A stretch of 48,929 nt of DNA from Bacillota bacterium (GTDB taxonomy: Bacteria > Bacillota > Sulfobacillia > UBA8153). Positions 18,963 through 28,755 of the stretch are shown here, one piece after another. The translations under genes were made by a program, and so were the position numbers. Where the stretch lies: positions 1 through 48,929 of the forward strand of contig SLSY01000086.1 of the NCBI GenBank assembly GCA_007130145.1, read 5' to 3'. The notes beneath the pieces are model-generated. The model searched no databases. It was not told the origin of the DNA and saw nothing but the letters and a program-made list of their open reading frames with translations. The first letter of the stretch is position 1. Each line of letters starts with the position of its first letter.

Positions 18963-19161
18963 TGCGCACGGCTGCTGCCTTTACCAGCTGCCGCACGGCA
19001 CGAATGGTTCTGCCTTGCTTACCGATGACTTTTCCCGTATCTTCTGGAGCCACCCGGATTTCATACCGCGTCCATTCGCCGTCTTCTACCTGGCGGATAT
19101 CAATGGAGTCGGGATCGTCAACCAGAGCCCTCACCAGCGTCTGCAGCAATGCTTGCATCAT
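18931..19161 (-). CDS. KH-domain RNA-binding protein (YlqC family)
   Basis: [15 protein letters not shown]...[23 protein letters not shown] contains the GxxG KH motif. ATG at 19161 is preceded by GAGGGA. Confidence 0.82.
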   Translation of the reverse strand: MMQALLQTLVRALVDDPDSIDIRQVEDGEWTRYEIRVAPEDTGKVIGKQGRTIRAVRQLVKAAAVRSGERVNVDVI

Positions 19162-19450
19162 CGGTTCCCTCACTTTCACGCTTGCCCTGCTTCATCTCAC
19201 GGTACTTGGCCAGCACCCCTGTCTGATTGAGCAAACGCTTCACAGTTTCCGAAGGCTGTGCGCCTTTTCCTAACCATTCAAGCACCTTGTCCTCGTCTAC
19301 CTTGAGGGTAGTGGGCTTCGTAGCCGGGTTATAGTAACCCACCTCAGCGATGAAGCGACCATCACGTGGTGACCGCGAATCGGCTACGACCAAACGGTAG
19401 AAAGGAATCCTTTTTGCCCCCATCCTCCTGAGTCGAATTCGTACTGCCAC
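19118..19450 (-). CDS. rpsP: 30S ribosomal protein S16 with an acidic, Gly-rich C-terminal tail
   Basis: [42 protein letters not shown]. At 110 aa it is about 20 aa longer than a typical S16. Confidence 0.93.
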   Translation of the reverse strand: MAVRIRLRRMGAKRIPFYRLVVADSRSPRDGRFIAEVGYYNPATKPTTLKVDEDKVLEWLGKGAQPSETVKRLLNQTGVLAKYREMKQGKRESEGTDDASIAADAGEGSG

Positions 19451-19468
19451 TTGAACTCCCCTTTCTAA

Positions 19469-20803
19469 TTACAGCTGCGGGAAACGTCCTCCACGCTTAA
19501 GCTCGCGTTCGAGTTTGCCCACATTCTTGAGCATATGTCGCATCTGTTCAAAACTCTTGAGCAAGCGATTTACGTCCTGCACTCGCGTGCCGCTCCCTCG
19601 CGCTATACGACGCTTCCTGCTGGCATCTATGACAACGGGCTGCCGGCGTTCCACGACCGTCATGGAATTTATGATTGCTTCTGCCCGTTTCATTTCATCT
19701 TCACTCTGGCTCAGATCTACCTGCCCCTTCATACGATCCATACCGGGCAACATGCCCATGAGGTTCTCCAAAGGTCCCATCTTACGTATCTGCTTCATCT
19801 GACTAAGAAAGTCATCCAAGGTAAACTCCTGTTTGCGAAGCCGGCGCTCCAAGTCTTTGGCTTCCTCTTCAGCAAAGCTCTGCTCGGCTTTTTCGATCAG
19901 GGTCAGAACATCCCCCATGCCCAGGATGCGCGAGACCAAACGATCGGGATGAAAGATTTCAAATGCATCCATCTTCTCGCCCACTCCGGCAAATTTCACC
20001 GGTGCTCCCGTGGCTGAACGAACAGAGAGGGCGGCCCCGCCCCTGGCATCACTGTCGAGTTTGGTCAGTATTACGCCGCTTATGCCCAAGCGGCGGTGAA
20101 ACTCCCCGGCAATGTTGACGGCTTCCTGACCGGTCATGGCATCAGCCACCAAGAGGATCTCGTCGGGCTTGACCATTGACTTCATCTCTTCGAGTTCCTG
20201 CATGAGATCATCGTCTATTTGCAATCGGCCGGCCGTATCGATGATGACGGTATCCTGACCTTGGTGTCGCGCGTGGCCCACGCCCGCTTGCGCTACATCC
20301 ACCGGAGAAGGACGATCACCCTGTGTAAAAACAGGGATGTTAATGCTCTTTCCCAAGACTTGCAATTGTTTGATCGCGGCCGGTCGGCGCGTATCACACG
20401 CCACCAGTAGTGGTGTTTGCCCTTTCTTTCGTAAGTGCAACGCTAGTTTGGCAGCGGAGGTCGTCTTGCCCGAACCTTGCAAACCCACGATCAGCAACAC
20501 GCTGGTATCACCACCGCCTCGTTGGAGATGGGCTGGCTCTCCGCCGAGCATGTTGATGAGTTCCTCCTTGACCATCTTGATCACGTGCTGAGCCGGCGAC
20601 AGGCTCTTTAGCACTTCAATGCCCACCGCTCGCTCTTTCACCCGGTTGGTAAACTCCTTAACCACCGGCAAGCTGACATCGGCCTCGAGCAAAGCCATGC
20701 GCACCTCGCGCAGCGCGGCATTAACGTCGGCTTCCGTCAGTTTTCCGCGCCCTCGCAGGCGGCGCATCGTCTCCTGGAGTCGCTGTGACAGAGTATCAAA
20801 CAG
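19469..20803 (-). CDS. ffh: Signal recognition particle protein Ffh, probable CTG start
   Basis: NG domain (GLQGSGKTTSAAKLA, DTAGR, TKLD) and a Met-rich M domain. The conserved N-terminal helix FDTLSQRLQET is encoded upstream of the first ATG (20767). See the corresponding finding. Confidence 0.93.
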   Translation of the reverse strand: MFDTLSQRLQETMRRLRGRGKLTEADVNAALREVRMALLEADVSLPVVKEFTNRVKERAVGIEVLKSLSPAQHVIKMVKEELINMLGGEPAHLQRGGGDTSVLLIVGLQGSGKTTSAAKLALHLRKKGQTPLLVACDTRRPAAIKQLQVLGKSINIPVFTQGDRPSPVDVAQAGVGHARHQGQDTVIIDTAGRLQIDDDLMQELEEMKSMVKPDEILLVADAMTGQEAVNIAGEFHRRLGISGVILTKLDSDARGGAALSVRSATGAPVKFAGVGEKMDAFEIFHPDRLVSRILGMGDVLTLIEKAEQSFAEEEAKDLERRLRKQEFTLDDFLSQMKQIRKMGPLENLMGMLPGMDRMKGQVDLSQSEDEMKRAEAIINSMTVVERRQPVVIDASRKRRIARGSGTRVQDVNRLLKSFEQMRHMLKNVGKLERELKRGGRFPQL

Positions 20804-20816
20804 AAAGGACTCCCCC

Positions 20817-21146
20817 TTATTTGCGAAGTTCCCCTAGCATATCCAAGATGATGTGATCGTCGGCCATCCCTTGCTCTTGCAACCGCTCAAGCATTCGATC
20901 CACCAACTCGTTCCTCACGCGATGGCTTTCTAACAAGCCCAGTCTTGTCTCATAGTGAGTGAGGATGGCTTCAGCACGCTTGAGCACACTGTGTACGGCC
21001 GCGCGGCTCACCGCCCGGATGCGAGCAATCTCTGACAGTGACCAATCTTGATCATAGTACAGGTCAAGCACCTGGTCCTGCCATGGCGTTAGAAGAGGAC
21101 GATACAGTTCGCGCAACAAGCTGATGTGCACGCGTGGTTCCATCAT
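20817..21146 (-). CDS. ylxM: YlxM/UPF0122 sigma-70 region-4-like HTH protein
   Basis: 109 aa with LTPWQDQVLDLYYDQDWSLSEIARIRAVSRAAVHSVLKRAE. Conserved position immediately upstream of ffh. Confidence 0.85.
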   Translation of the reverse strand: MMEPRVHISLLRELYRPLLTPWQDQVLDLYYDQDWSLSEIARIRAVSRAAVHSVLKRAEAILTHYETRLGLLESHRVRNELVDRMLERLQEQGMADDHIILDMLGELRK

Positions 21147-21187
21147 CCCACCCCCCTAACTGTTAAGCATTTCTACTAGACAGACTT

Positions 21188-21216
21188 ATTCTAACCATGC
21201 TGGGGGTGGATGTCAA
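21188..21216 (-). promoter_or_regulatory. Candidate strong sigma-A promoter for the ylxM-ffh-rpsP... operon
   Basis: The minus strand reads TTGACA-17 nt-TAGAAT, about 40 nt upstream of the ylxM start and just after the ftsY stop. Confidence 0.5.
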
Positions 21217-21234
21217 CTCATGTGGGTCGAATCA

Positions 21235-22149
21235 TCAGCCAAAGATGGCCTCAACAAACTCAGCGGCGTCAAATGGACGCAGATCGTCCATACCCTCACC
21301 TATCCCTATCATCTTCACCGGTATGCCCAGTTGATCGACAATGGACACGACCACCCCGCCCCGGGCCGAACCGTCAAGTTTGGTGAGGATGATGCCCGTA
21401 AGCTCCGTGACGCTTTGAAACTCCTCGGCCTGCCGCATTGCGTTCTGTCCTGTGGTCGCATCGAGCACCAACAACACCTCATGAGGTGCTCCTGGCAAAG
21501 CTTTGCCCGCCACCCGTCGCACCTTACCTAGTTCCTTCATCAGATCACTGCGCGTGTGCATGCGACCCGCCGTATCCAAGATCACAGCATCCGCGCGGCG
21601 GGCAATCCCAGCGGCGATGGCATCGAAGGCAACGGCGGCCGGATCACTTCCTTCTTGATGGCGGATGATATCGGCACCAGTACGCTGGGCCCATACCTCC
21701 AACTGATCAATGGCGGCCGCGCGGAAGGTGTCAACAGCACCCAGTATCACCCGTTTCTTATCGGTGCGAAACCGGTGCGCCAGTTTGGCGCACGTGGTGG
21801 TCTTTCCAGAACCGTTCACGCCTACGATCATAATCACCGCCGGCGTCTGGTCTGTTAGGAGATCCGATGTTCCCTGTCTTAGCCTGTCTTCAACTACATC
21901 ACGGATGAGCGGCATAACAGCCTCCGAATCGGTAATGCGCTCATTTCGGCAACGCTGGCGCAGTTCTTCCACCAAAGCGTGGGCTGTGGCGAAACCCATA
22001 TCGGCCTGGATCATGGTTTCTTCTATTTCATCAAACAGTTCGTCGTCCACACGCCTCCCACCGCTTAGAACAGTGTTTAGCATATCGCGCATGTGTGAAC
22101 GCGTTCTTTCCAAACCCGCCCGGAGTCGTTCAAAGACCACTTCCACCAC
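21235..22149 (-). CDS. ftsY: Signal recognition particle receptor FtsY (short form, no A domain)
   Basis: NG domain with GVNGSGKTTTCAKLA, DTAGRMH and TKLDGSARGG. Confidence 0.93.
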   Translation of the reverse strand: MVEVVFERLRAGLERTRSHMRDMLNTVLSGGRRVDDELFDEIEETMIQADMGFATAHALVEELRQRCRNERITDSEAVMPLIRDVVEDRLRQGTSDLLTDQTPAVIMIVGVNGSGKTTTCAKLAHRFRTDKKRVILGAVDTFRAAAIDQLEVWAQRTGADIIRHQEGSDPAAVAFDAIAAGIARRADAVILDTAGRMHTRSDLMKELGKVRRVAGKALPGAPHEVLLVLDATTGQNAMRQAEEFQSVTELTGIILTKLDGSARGGVVVSIVDQLGIPVKMIGIGEGMDDLRPFDAAEFVEAIFG

Positions 22150-22158
22150 CTCCTCTAG

Positions 22159-25100
22159 CTAGGCTGAACCTTCACTGGCCTCAACAAGATTCACCGATAT
22201 CAAGCGGGAAATGCCCGTCTCTTGCATGGTCACTCCGTACAGCACGTCTGCCGCTTCCATGGTGATCTTTTGGTGGGTAATCAATATGAATTGCGTACGA
22301 GACTCAAATTCCCTGAGCAGCTTCAAGAACCGCTCTGCGTTGCTCTCATCAAGCGCCGCTTCAATCTCGTCAAGAAAGCAAAAGGGAGATGGCCGGATCG
22401 TCAAAAGAGAAAACAGCAGGGCGATGGCCGTCAACGCCTTTTCACCGCCGGACAACAAGTTGATGTTACGCAGTTTTCGCCCGGGTGGTTGGACCACGAT
22501 TTCGATCCCGCTTTGGATAGGGTTATCTCCGTCAGTAGCCACAAGATCGGCTCTGCCCCCACCAAAGAGGCGACGAAACAGTGTTTGAAAACTCGTGCGG
22601 ACCGCCTCCAACGTAGCGGCAAACATCGCTTCGATCTGTTTGTCCGTCTCCTGTATTGCCCGCTGTAGATCCTGACACGCAGCCTCCACATCCGCCTTTT
22701 GCTGTCTGAGAAACTCACTGCGCTCCGTGAGTCGCTGGTATTCACCGATGGCGCCAAGGTTTACCTCGCCGAGTTCGGACAGCTCTTCGCGGAGTTGATC
22801 GATATTCACATCTTCCTCAGATGACGGCGGACCGTCCAAGTCATCGGGAAGAGCGTGAGCATCAAGCCCATAGCGTTCGCGTAATTTTTGCCGGATGTGG
22901 TCCGCCTCCATCTCCCGCCGGGCCTTCTCCAATGCCAAATTGTGCAGCCTTGTCTCCAACCCCTTTTCGCGGCGCTGCACCTGCTCCTCTTTCGTCTCCC
23001 ATTCGGTACGCACCTTGCGGGCATCTTGATAACGATTACCACAAGCCTCTTTTTCCTTCTCCATTTTGTCCCGGTGCTCTTGAATGGTGCCACGCTGCAT
23101 GTCTATCTCCTCCAGCTCGGCCTTGGCCTTTGCCTTTCTTGCCCGGAGACTCTCGCGGCGACCAGCACATTCTTCCAGCTGAGTTTGCACCTCGACCAGA
23201 TCGGCCTCGGCTCGAAGCAACTGTTCTTGATGCCGGACTTTCTGCTCCTTAAGCCCGGCAACGCGTACCCTCAAATCGGTAAGGCCCACACCGGCTTGCT
23301 CGAAGGCTTTCTTTTTCTTTTCATATTCTTGACTGGTGCGCTCCGCCGTATCGCGCACTGTACTGGCTGACTGTTCCAGTTTGGCCGCACTGGCCGCCGT
23401 CTCCTCCATTGATGCATTCAGCTCTTGCATCTGCTCGGTTAGGACCTGCAGTTCGCGTTGCCGCGATTCCTGTTCGCGGGTGAGACGATCACCTTCAGAT
23501 TCCTGGCTTCTCAACTCACTACGGACACCTTCCCGTCGTACTTGCAAGCCGGACCATTCGCGCTGGGCTTGGTGGAGTGTCTCGTTGATCGTGTTGAGCT
23601 GGTTTACGGAGCTTTCTTCCTCTTCTTTCCACTGCTGCCACTTCATACGCTCACCCTCGAGGCGCTGTTGCAGCTGGCTGATCTCATGCTTTCGCCCCAA
23701 GAGCGGCACACCCCCGGTGGGTCTACCTCCTCCGGTAAGGACCCCTCCCGGCGCAATTAACTCACCCGATAGCGTGGCAATGCGACTGCGCAAGTCCGTC
23801 TGACGTCCCATGGCCAGTGCCTGTTTGAGATCACGAGCAATGAGTACGCGGCCCAACAGATGCTCTATGGCCCGACTGATCGTATCATCATATTGCACCA
23901 CCAAAAGAGCCGCAGAGGCCCCGGGCATCTCTTGGAGCACGCGTCTTTCTCGGTCGCTCAGGCCAAAAGGCTTGACCAGATTCAATGGAAGAAATGTTGC
24001 CCGGCCCGCTCGGTGGGTCTTGAGATACTCGATGCAGGCTTCGGCTACCTCATCGGTATGTGTGATGATGTATTGCAAGGCACCGCCCAGAGCGGCTTCG
24101 ATGGCCTTTTGGTAATCAGCCTCAACGGCCAACAGATCTGCCACCGAACCCAGGACACCCCGTAGATTTGGCTCGGTTTCTGCTGCCCGAAGCAATTGGC
24201 GTGGCCCGCGGCTGTATCCCTCATAAGAATTGAGCATTTCACGCACCACATTGAGGCGACTTTGGACGCGTTCAACGCCGGTTTGGCAGGTCTCTTTCTC
24301 GTGCCGCACGCGCTGGATCTTCTGTTCGAGTTCATGGCCAAGACGTTCGTCATCCTCGATGACCCTCCTTAACTGCTCAACCTGTTCCTCTAACTGAGCC
24401 AGTTCTTGGCGTAAGCTACCTCTGGTGCCGTCCCAGCGCTCTTTGGCTTGCGCAAGCCCGGCCAGTTCCTTCTGCAGCCGGCCATACATCGCCTCAAGAT
24501 GACATTTTTCTAGTTCTTGCTGGCGCAGCTGGTTACGCTCGGCTGCCGCCTCATTCAGAGTCTCGAGAGCATCGCTCTTTGCCGTTTCTACCTGCAGTTC
24601 AAAGCGTTTGAGAACTGCTCGTAACGCCTCCATACTCTCCTGGCGCTCCTGGTATTCCTGCTGCACTCGCGCGTATGCAATGACCGTCTCGTCCAGCGTC
24701 TGTGTAGCCTGATTCTTCTCCCGGCCGCGCCCGTCCTCACGGCTCTGTAAGCGGGAAACACGCATTTCAAGTTCATCGATCTCCTCATCGACGGAGGCAA
24801 GGGTCTGTTCATGAGCGCTCGTGCGAATGCTTAGTTCCCGTTCTTCCATCTCAGACTCACCCAGCACCTTGTCCAAAGCTTCGAGCGCTCGATGATGCTC
24901 TTCTTCCTCTTGTCGAGCCAAACGCAGCTTCTCCTTGACCGCCTCCAACTCGGATCTTGTATCACGAACTACTTGTTGGCGCTGACTGTAAACCCTGCGG
25001 CTCTTGGTCACCTGCTCTTCTGCCTCTTTCCACTGGCCCAAAAGCTGGGATAGCTCGTGACTTCGCAACCGTTCCACTAGTTGGCGGTATCGGCGCGCCT

Positions 25101-25731
25101 TGTCCGCCTGTTCCTGGAGTGGACCCAACTGGGATTCGACCTCCGTCAATATGTCATGCAGGCGCTGCAGATCCTGCTCGCTGCGTTGCAAACGGCGCAG
25201 TGTCTCCTGGCGCTGATTGCGATAGCGGGTAATACCTGCGGCCTCCTCCAGCAAACCACGACGCTCATCGCCATGGGCATTGATCATCTCTTCCACCCGA
25301 CCCTGCCCAATGAGAGAGTAAGAATCACGCCCCAGACCCGTACCTGCCAATAGCTGCACGATATCCTTGAGGCGGCACGGCGTACCGTTGAGCTGGTATG
25401 TACTGTCACCTGCACGCGAAATCTCACGTGTGATCTGAACTTCACTAAAGGGCACGGACAATGCCCCATCCTCATTGTCCAGTGTCAAGCGTACCCGAGC
25501 AACATTCAAAGGTCTTCGCCGGTCCGTTCCTGAGAAGATCACCTCATCCATACGGCTGGTACGCAGCAAGCGGGGACTTTGACCGCCCAAGACCCACCTC
25601 ACGGCATCAGCCACATTCGATTTTCCGCTGCCGTTGGGTCCAACAATCGCGGTCAATCCGGGGGAAAACTCCAGGGACGTCTTATCGGGGAAGGATTTGA
25701 AACCCATGATTTCGATTCGGCGAAGAAACAC
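22159..25731 (-). CDS. smc: Chromosome partition protein Smc
   Basis: FLRRIEIMGFKSF and Walker A GPNGSGKSN. A long coiled coil flanks a hinge (LGSVADLL...YQKAIEAALGG). C-terminal LSGGEKALTAIALLF and FCFLDEIEAALD. I placed the start at GTG 25731, preceded by AGGGGG. Confidence 0.95.
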   Translation of the reverse strand: MFLRRIEIMGFKSFPDKTSLEFSPGLTAIVGPNGSGKSNVADAVRWVLGGQSPRLLRTSRMDEVIFSGTDRRRPLNVARVRLTLDNEDGALSVPFSEVQITREISRAGDSTYQLNGTPCRLKDIVQLLAGTGLGRDSYSLIGQGRVEEMINAHGDERRGLLEEAAGITRYRNQRQETLRRLQRSEQDLQRLHDILTEVESQLGPLQEQADKARRYRQLVERLRSHELSQLLGQWKEAEEQVTKSRRVYSQRQQVVRDTRSELEAVKEKLRLARQEEEEHHRALEALDKVLGESEMEERELSIRTSAHEQTLASVDEEIDELEMRVSRLQSREDGRGREKNQATQTLDETVIAYARVQQEYQERQESMEALRAVLKRFELQVETAKSDALETLNEAAAERNQLRQQELEKCHLEAMYGRLQKELAGLAQAKERWDGTRGSLRQELAQLEEQVEQLRRVIEDDERLGHELEQKIQRVRHEKETCQTGVERVQSRLNVVREMLNSYEGYSRGPRQLLRAAETEPNLRGVLGSVADLLAVEADYQKAIEAALGGALQYIITHTDEVAEACIEYLKTHRAGRATFLPLNLVKPFGLSDRERRVLQEMPGASAALLVVQYDDTISRAIEHLLGRVLIARDLKQALAMGRQTDLRSRIATLSGELIAPGGVLTGGGRPTGGVPLLGRKHEISQLQQRLEGERMKWQQWKEEEESSVNQLNTINETLHQAQREWSGLQVRREGVRSELRSQESEGDRLTREQESRQRELQVLTEQMQELNASMEETAASAAKLEQSASTVRDTAERTSQEYEKKKKAFEQAGVGLTDLRVRVAGLKEQKVRHQEQLLRAEADLVEVQTQLEECAGRRESLRARKAKAKAELEEIDMQRGTIQEHRDKMEKEKEACGNRYQDARKVRTEWETKEEQVQRREKGLETRLHNLALEKARREMEADHIRQKLRERYGLDAHALPDDLDGPPSSEEDVNIDQLREELSELGEVNLGAIGEYQRLTERSEFLRQQKADVEAACQDLQRAIQETDKQIEAMFAATLEAVRTSFQTLFRRLFGGGRADLVATDGDNPIQSGIEIVVQPPGRKLRNINLLSGGEKALTAIALLFSLLTIRPSPFCFLDEIEAALDESNAERFLKLLREFESRTQFILITHQKITMEAADVLYGVTMQETGISRLISVNLVEASEGSA

Positions 25732-25877
25732 CAGACAACCCCCTGTACGTGTCAATTCTCTGTCCTACTACCCATGTTATGTATATCTTTTCCCTTGTTC
25801 AGGGTAAAGGTTTTGCCCTCAGTTGCCAGTAAGAATGCACCTTGTCGGCGCACACGCCCGGGAAGGAATGAGTTCCC

Positions 25878-26504
25878 TTGTCCGCGCATCCGGTGATTGA
25901 ACAGCTGGCCCAATTGGTTCGAGACGAACCTTCTATCACTGTGGCCGAGCTGGCCCGAAAGATGGGCTACGCTGAGCAAAAATCTGTATACTACTGGCTT
26001 GAGAAGGCGGGCTTTCGCTCCATTCGCCTCTTTCGCGATGCGGTCCTAACCGGACGCTTCCCCCCTGATACGCAAGTGCCACAATGGCCAGCCCACGTCC
26101 GCGACAGCGACGAGACCTTCTCGCCAGGAACTCTTCCCCTCATGGCGATCACAACCCCGGGTGTTGTGCGAAAACAAGGTATGACCATTCAAAACGTCCT
26201 ATCTGACACGCTTTCCCCGGCAGGCTACAGTATTGTGCTCGCCACCGATGATTATGTTCCCTTGCTGATCAAAGGCGATCTGCTTCTCATCGAACCTGGT
26301 AGTGAACCTAGCAACGGCGCACTGGCCCTGGTGTGGATTCCCACAAAGCAAACCACAGGAGTGTACCGTCACCACCGGTTATCGCCTGCGGGACCCTCCC
26401 GGTTCTACCATCCCGTCACGGGTCAAGAGCAAACAGACGATATCGCCATGCTGGGTCTGGTGATGGGAAGTCTGCGCATGTTCGCTCCCTCAGTGCCAGT
26501 CTAG
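25878..26504 (+). CDS. Hypothetical regulator: N-terminal wHTH-like segment plus C-terminal S24/LexA-fold-like domain lacking the Ser-Lys dyad
   Basis: ITVAELARKMGYAEQKSVYYWLEKAG resembles an HTH. The C-terminal LIKGDLLLIEPGSEPSNGALALVW resembles the S24 beta-barrel, but DDYV sits where G(D/N)SM would be. TTG start. It is the only + strand gene inside the 45-kb minus-strand block. Confidence 0.5.
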   Translation: MSAHPVIEQLAQLVRDEPSITVAELARKMGYAEQKSVYYWLEKAGFRSIRLFRDAVLTGRFPPDTQVPQWPAHVRDSDETFSPGTLPLMAITTPGVVRKQGMTIQNVLSDTLSPAGYSIVLATDDYVPLLIKGDLLLIEPGSEPSNGALALVWIPTKQTTGVYRHHRLSPAGPSRFYHPVTGQEQTDDIAMLGLVMGSLRMFAPSVPV

Positions 26505-27142
26505 GACCGTACCTTCTGCAAAGCCTCAACAGCTGCCTGCTTCTCGGCCGCCTTCTTGCTCTTGCCCCAGGCCTGTGCTACCAGCTGGCCAGCAACAAAA
26601 ACCCCCACCTGGAAACAGGGCTCATGGGAAGGTCCTTCTTGCCTTAGGACGCGGTATTCCAAATGTCCGTTGGGTTCTCCTTGGACCCATTCTTGCAATT
26701 GCGCCTTCGGGTTCTCAGGGCGCTCCTTTTGCATGTAATGGGCGAACCAACCCCGAATCAGCTCCTGGGAACGGTCCAAGCCTCCATGCAGGTAGACCGC
26801 ACCGATCACGGCCTCTAAGCTTGCCGCCAGGAGTGATGGACGGTGACGGCCACCCCCTCGCACTTCACCCCGGCCGAGCAAAAGGCGCGATCCCAAATCT
26901 CGTGATTGTGCCACTGCTGCCAAGGTATCCTCGCAAACGAGCGCTGCGCGCCGGGCGGTAAGTTCTCCCTCGCTATCGTCGGGGAACTCCTCATAGAGCC
27001 ACTCACTGATAATCAGATCCAGCACCGCATCACCCAGAAACTCCAGCCTCTCGTTGTGGGGCAACGCACCATGCTCGTGTGCATACGAAGAATGAGTCAA
27101 TGCCAGGCGCAGCAAATCATCAGGCAACCCCAGTTCTTTCAT
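26501..27142 (-). CDS. rnc: Ribonuclease III
   Basis: The signature [11 protein letters not shown] is followed by a C-terminal dsRBD (KAQLQEWVQ...[12 protein letters not shown]). The start at Met10 abuts the fabF stop. Confidence 0.92.
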   Translation of the reverse strand: MKELGLPDDLLRLALTHSSYAHEHGALPHNERLEFLGDAVLDLIISEWLYEEFPDDSEGELTARRAALVCEDTLAAVAQSRDLGSRLLLGRGEVRGGGRHRPSLLAASLEAVIGAVYLHGGLDRSQELIRGWFAHYMQKERPENPKAQLQEWVQGEPNGHLEYRVLRQEGPSHEPCFQVGVFVAGQLVAQAWGKSKKAAEKQAAVEALQKVRS

Positions 27143-28434
27143 GAAACAAATCTCCTTGCCACCAGGCACGCGTTCTGCCCGCCAAAGCCAAAAGAATTAG
27201 ACAAAGCAGCATGTACTTCTTCTTGTCGAGCATGATTGGGGACATAGTCCAAGTCACATTCCTCATCAGGCATGCAAAGGTTGATCGTGGGAGGAATCAC
27301 GCTCCGATTGATGGTCAGAAAGGTTGCGATGAGTTCCACCGCACCGGCCGCTCCCAAAAGATGCCCAATCATTGACTTGGTTGAAGAAATGACGATCTTC
27401 TTGGCATAGTCACCAAACAGAGTCTTGATGGCTATCGTCTCTGCCCGATCATTGGCCGGAGTCGATGTGCCGTGTGCGTTGATGTAATCCACTTCGTGCG
27501 GCAATAGACCCGCATCATCCAATGCCACACGCATGGCTTGAATAGCACCTTCGCCATCGGGTGGTGGTGCGGTGATGTGATATGCATCAGCGGTGGTGCC
27601 GTAGCCACTGATCTGTCCCAAAATGGTCGCTCCCCGTTCCCTGGCATGCTCCAAGCTTTCCAGCACCAACATGCCGGCGCCCTCGCCCATAACAAATCCA
27701 TCGCGCTGAGCATCAAAAGGACGCATGGCACGTCCCGGTTCATCATTGCAGGTCGACATCGCCCGAAGCGCACAGAAGCCTGCGAAGGCCAGGGGCACAA
27801 AGGGAGCTTCTGCGCCTCCTGCAAGCATGACATCGGCATCGCCACGTTGAATGATGCGAAAGGCATCGCCCACTGCGTTGGATGATGAAGCACATGCGGT
27901 AACGACCGTCTCATTGGGACCTTTGAAGTTAAACCTCATTGCGATTTGTGCCCCGGCCATATTGGCTATCATGGTAGGAATGAAAAATGGACTGACCCGC
28001 CCGGGCCCTCTCTCTAGCAAAACGTTGAACTGATCGCAAAGGGTCTCGATCCCACCGATACCGGTGCCAAACAGCACGCCGGCCCGCTGGGGGCTGCGCA
28101 CCTGCGAAAGTGACGCCTGCTCCAACGCCATGGAAGCAGCTGCTAAACCATATTGGGTAAAACGGTCGGTCCTCTTTGCCAACTTCCTGTCCATGTAATC
28201 CACCGGATCAAATGCAGGCAGTTCAGCCCCAATGCGGGTGGAGTATTGGCTCACATCAAAGCGGGTAATCTCTCGCACCGCACCCTTGCCGGTCACCAGG
28301 TTAGTCCAAAACGTCTCCAAATCATTGCCAATAGGTGATACCACGCCCATACCGGTAACCACTACACGCTTGTGCAAATCATGTCGCCCAAGACCCTTGC
28401 CGAGTCTTGCACTTTCCTCCCCTCGCCGCCCCAA
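27139..28434 (-). CDS. fabF: 3-oxoacyl-ACP synthase II
   Basis: [15 protein letters not shown], the active-site Cys in VVTACASS, the His-His pair (HITAP..., [12 protein letters not shown]) and GFGGQNA. The start is uncertain (TTG 28434 or TTG 28374). Confidence 0.92.
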   Translation of the reverse strand: MGRRGEESARLGKGLGRHDLHKRVVVTGMGVVSPIGNDLETFWTNLVTGKGAVREITRFDVSQYSTRIGAELPAFDPVDYMDRKLAKRTDRFTQYGLAAASMALEQASLSQVRSPQRAGVLFGTGIGGIETLCDQFNVLLERGPGRVSPFFIPTMIANMAGAQIAMRFNFKGPNETVVTACASSSNAVGDAFRIIQRGDADVMLAGGAEAPFVPLAFAGFCALRAMSTCNDEPGRAMRPFDAQRDGFVMGEGAGMLVLESLEHARERGATILGQISGYGTTADAYHITAPPPDGEGAIQAMRVALDDAGLLPHEVDYINAHGTSTPANDRAETIAIKTLFGDYAKKIVISSTKSMIGHLLGAAGAVELIATFLTINRSVIPPTINLCMPDEECDLDYVPNHARQEEVHAALSNSFGFGGQNACLVARRFVS

Positions 28435-28487
28435 GGTATCCTAAAGTCCCGCACGATTGGGTGCGGGACTTATACGATGCACTACCT

Positions 28488-28727
28488 TCAGGAGTGTTCC
28501 TTTATGTATTCAATGGCATCGCCCACGGTGGCGATCTTCTCAACGTCTTCATCAGGAATGGACATTCCGAACTCTTCCTCCAAAGCCATGATCAACTCAA
28601 CGATCTCCAGGGAATCGGCACCCAAATCATCGATGAATGATGCCTTGGCGGTCACCTCATTTGCCTCCACACCGAGTTGCTCCACAATAATTGCCGTAAC
28701 CTTCTCGAGCATTTTTTCTTCCGACAT
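28488..28727 (-). CDS. acpP: Acyl carrier protein
   Basis: 79 aa with the phosphopantetheine site [20 protein letters not shown]. Confidence 0.95.
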   Translation of the reverse strand: MSEEKMLEKVTAIIVEQLGVEANEVTAKASFIDDLGADSLEIVELIMALEEEFGMSIPDEDVEKIATVGDAIEYIKEHS

Positions 28728-28755
28728 GCGAGTACCTCCTTGTCATATACCTACT

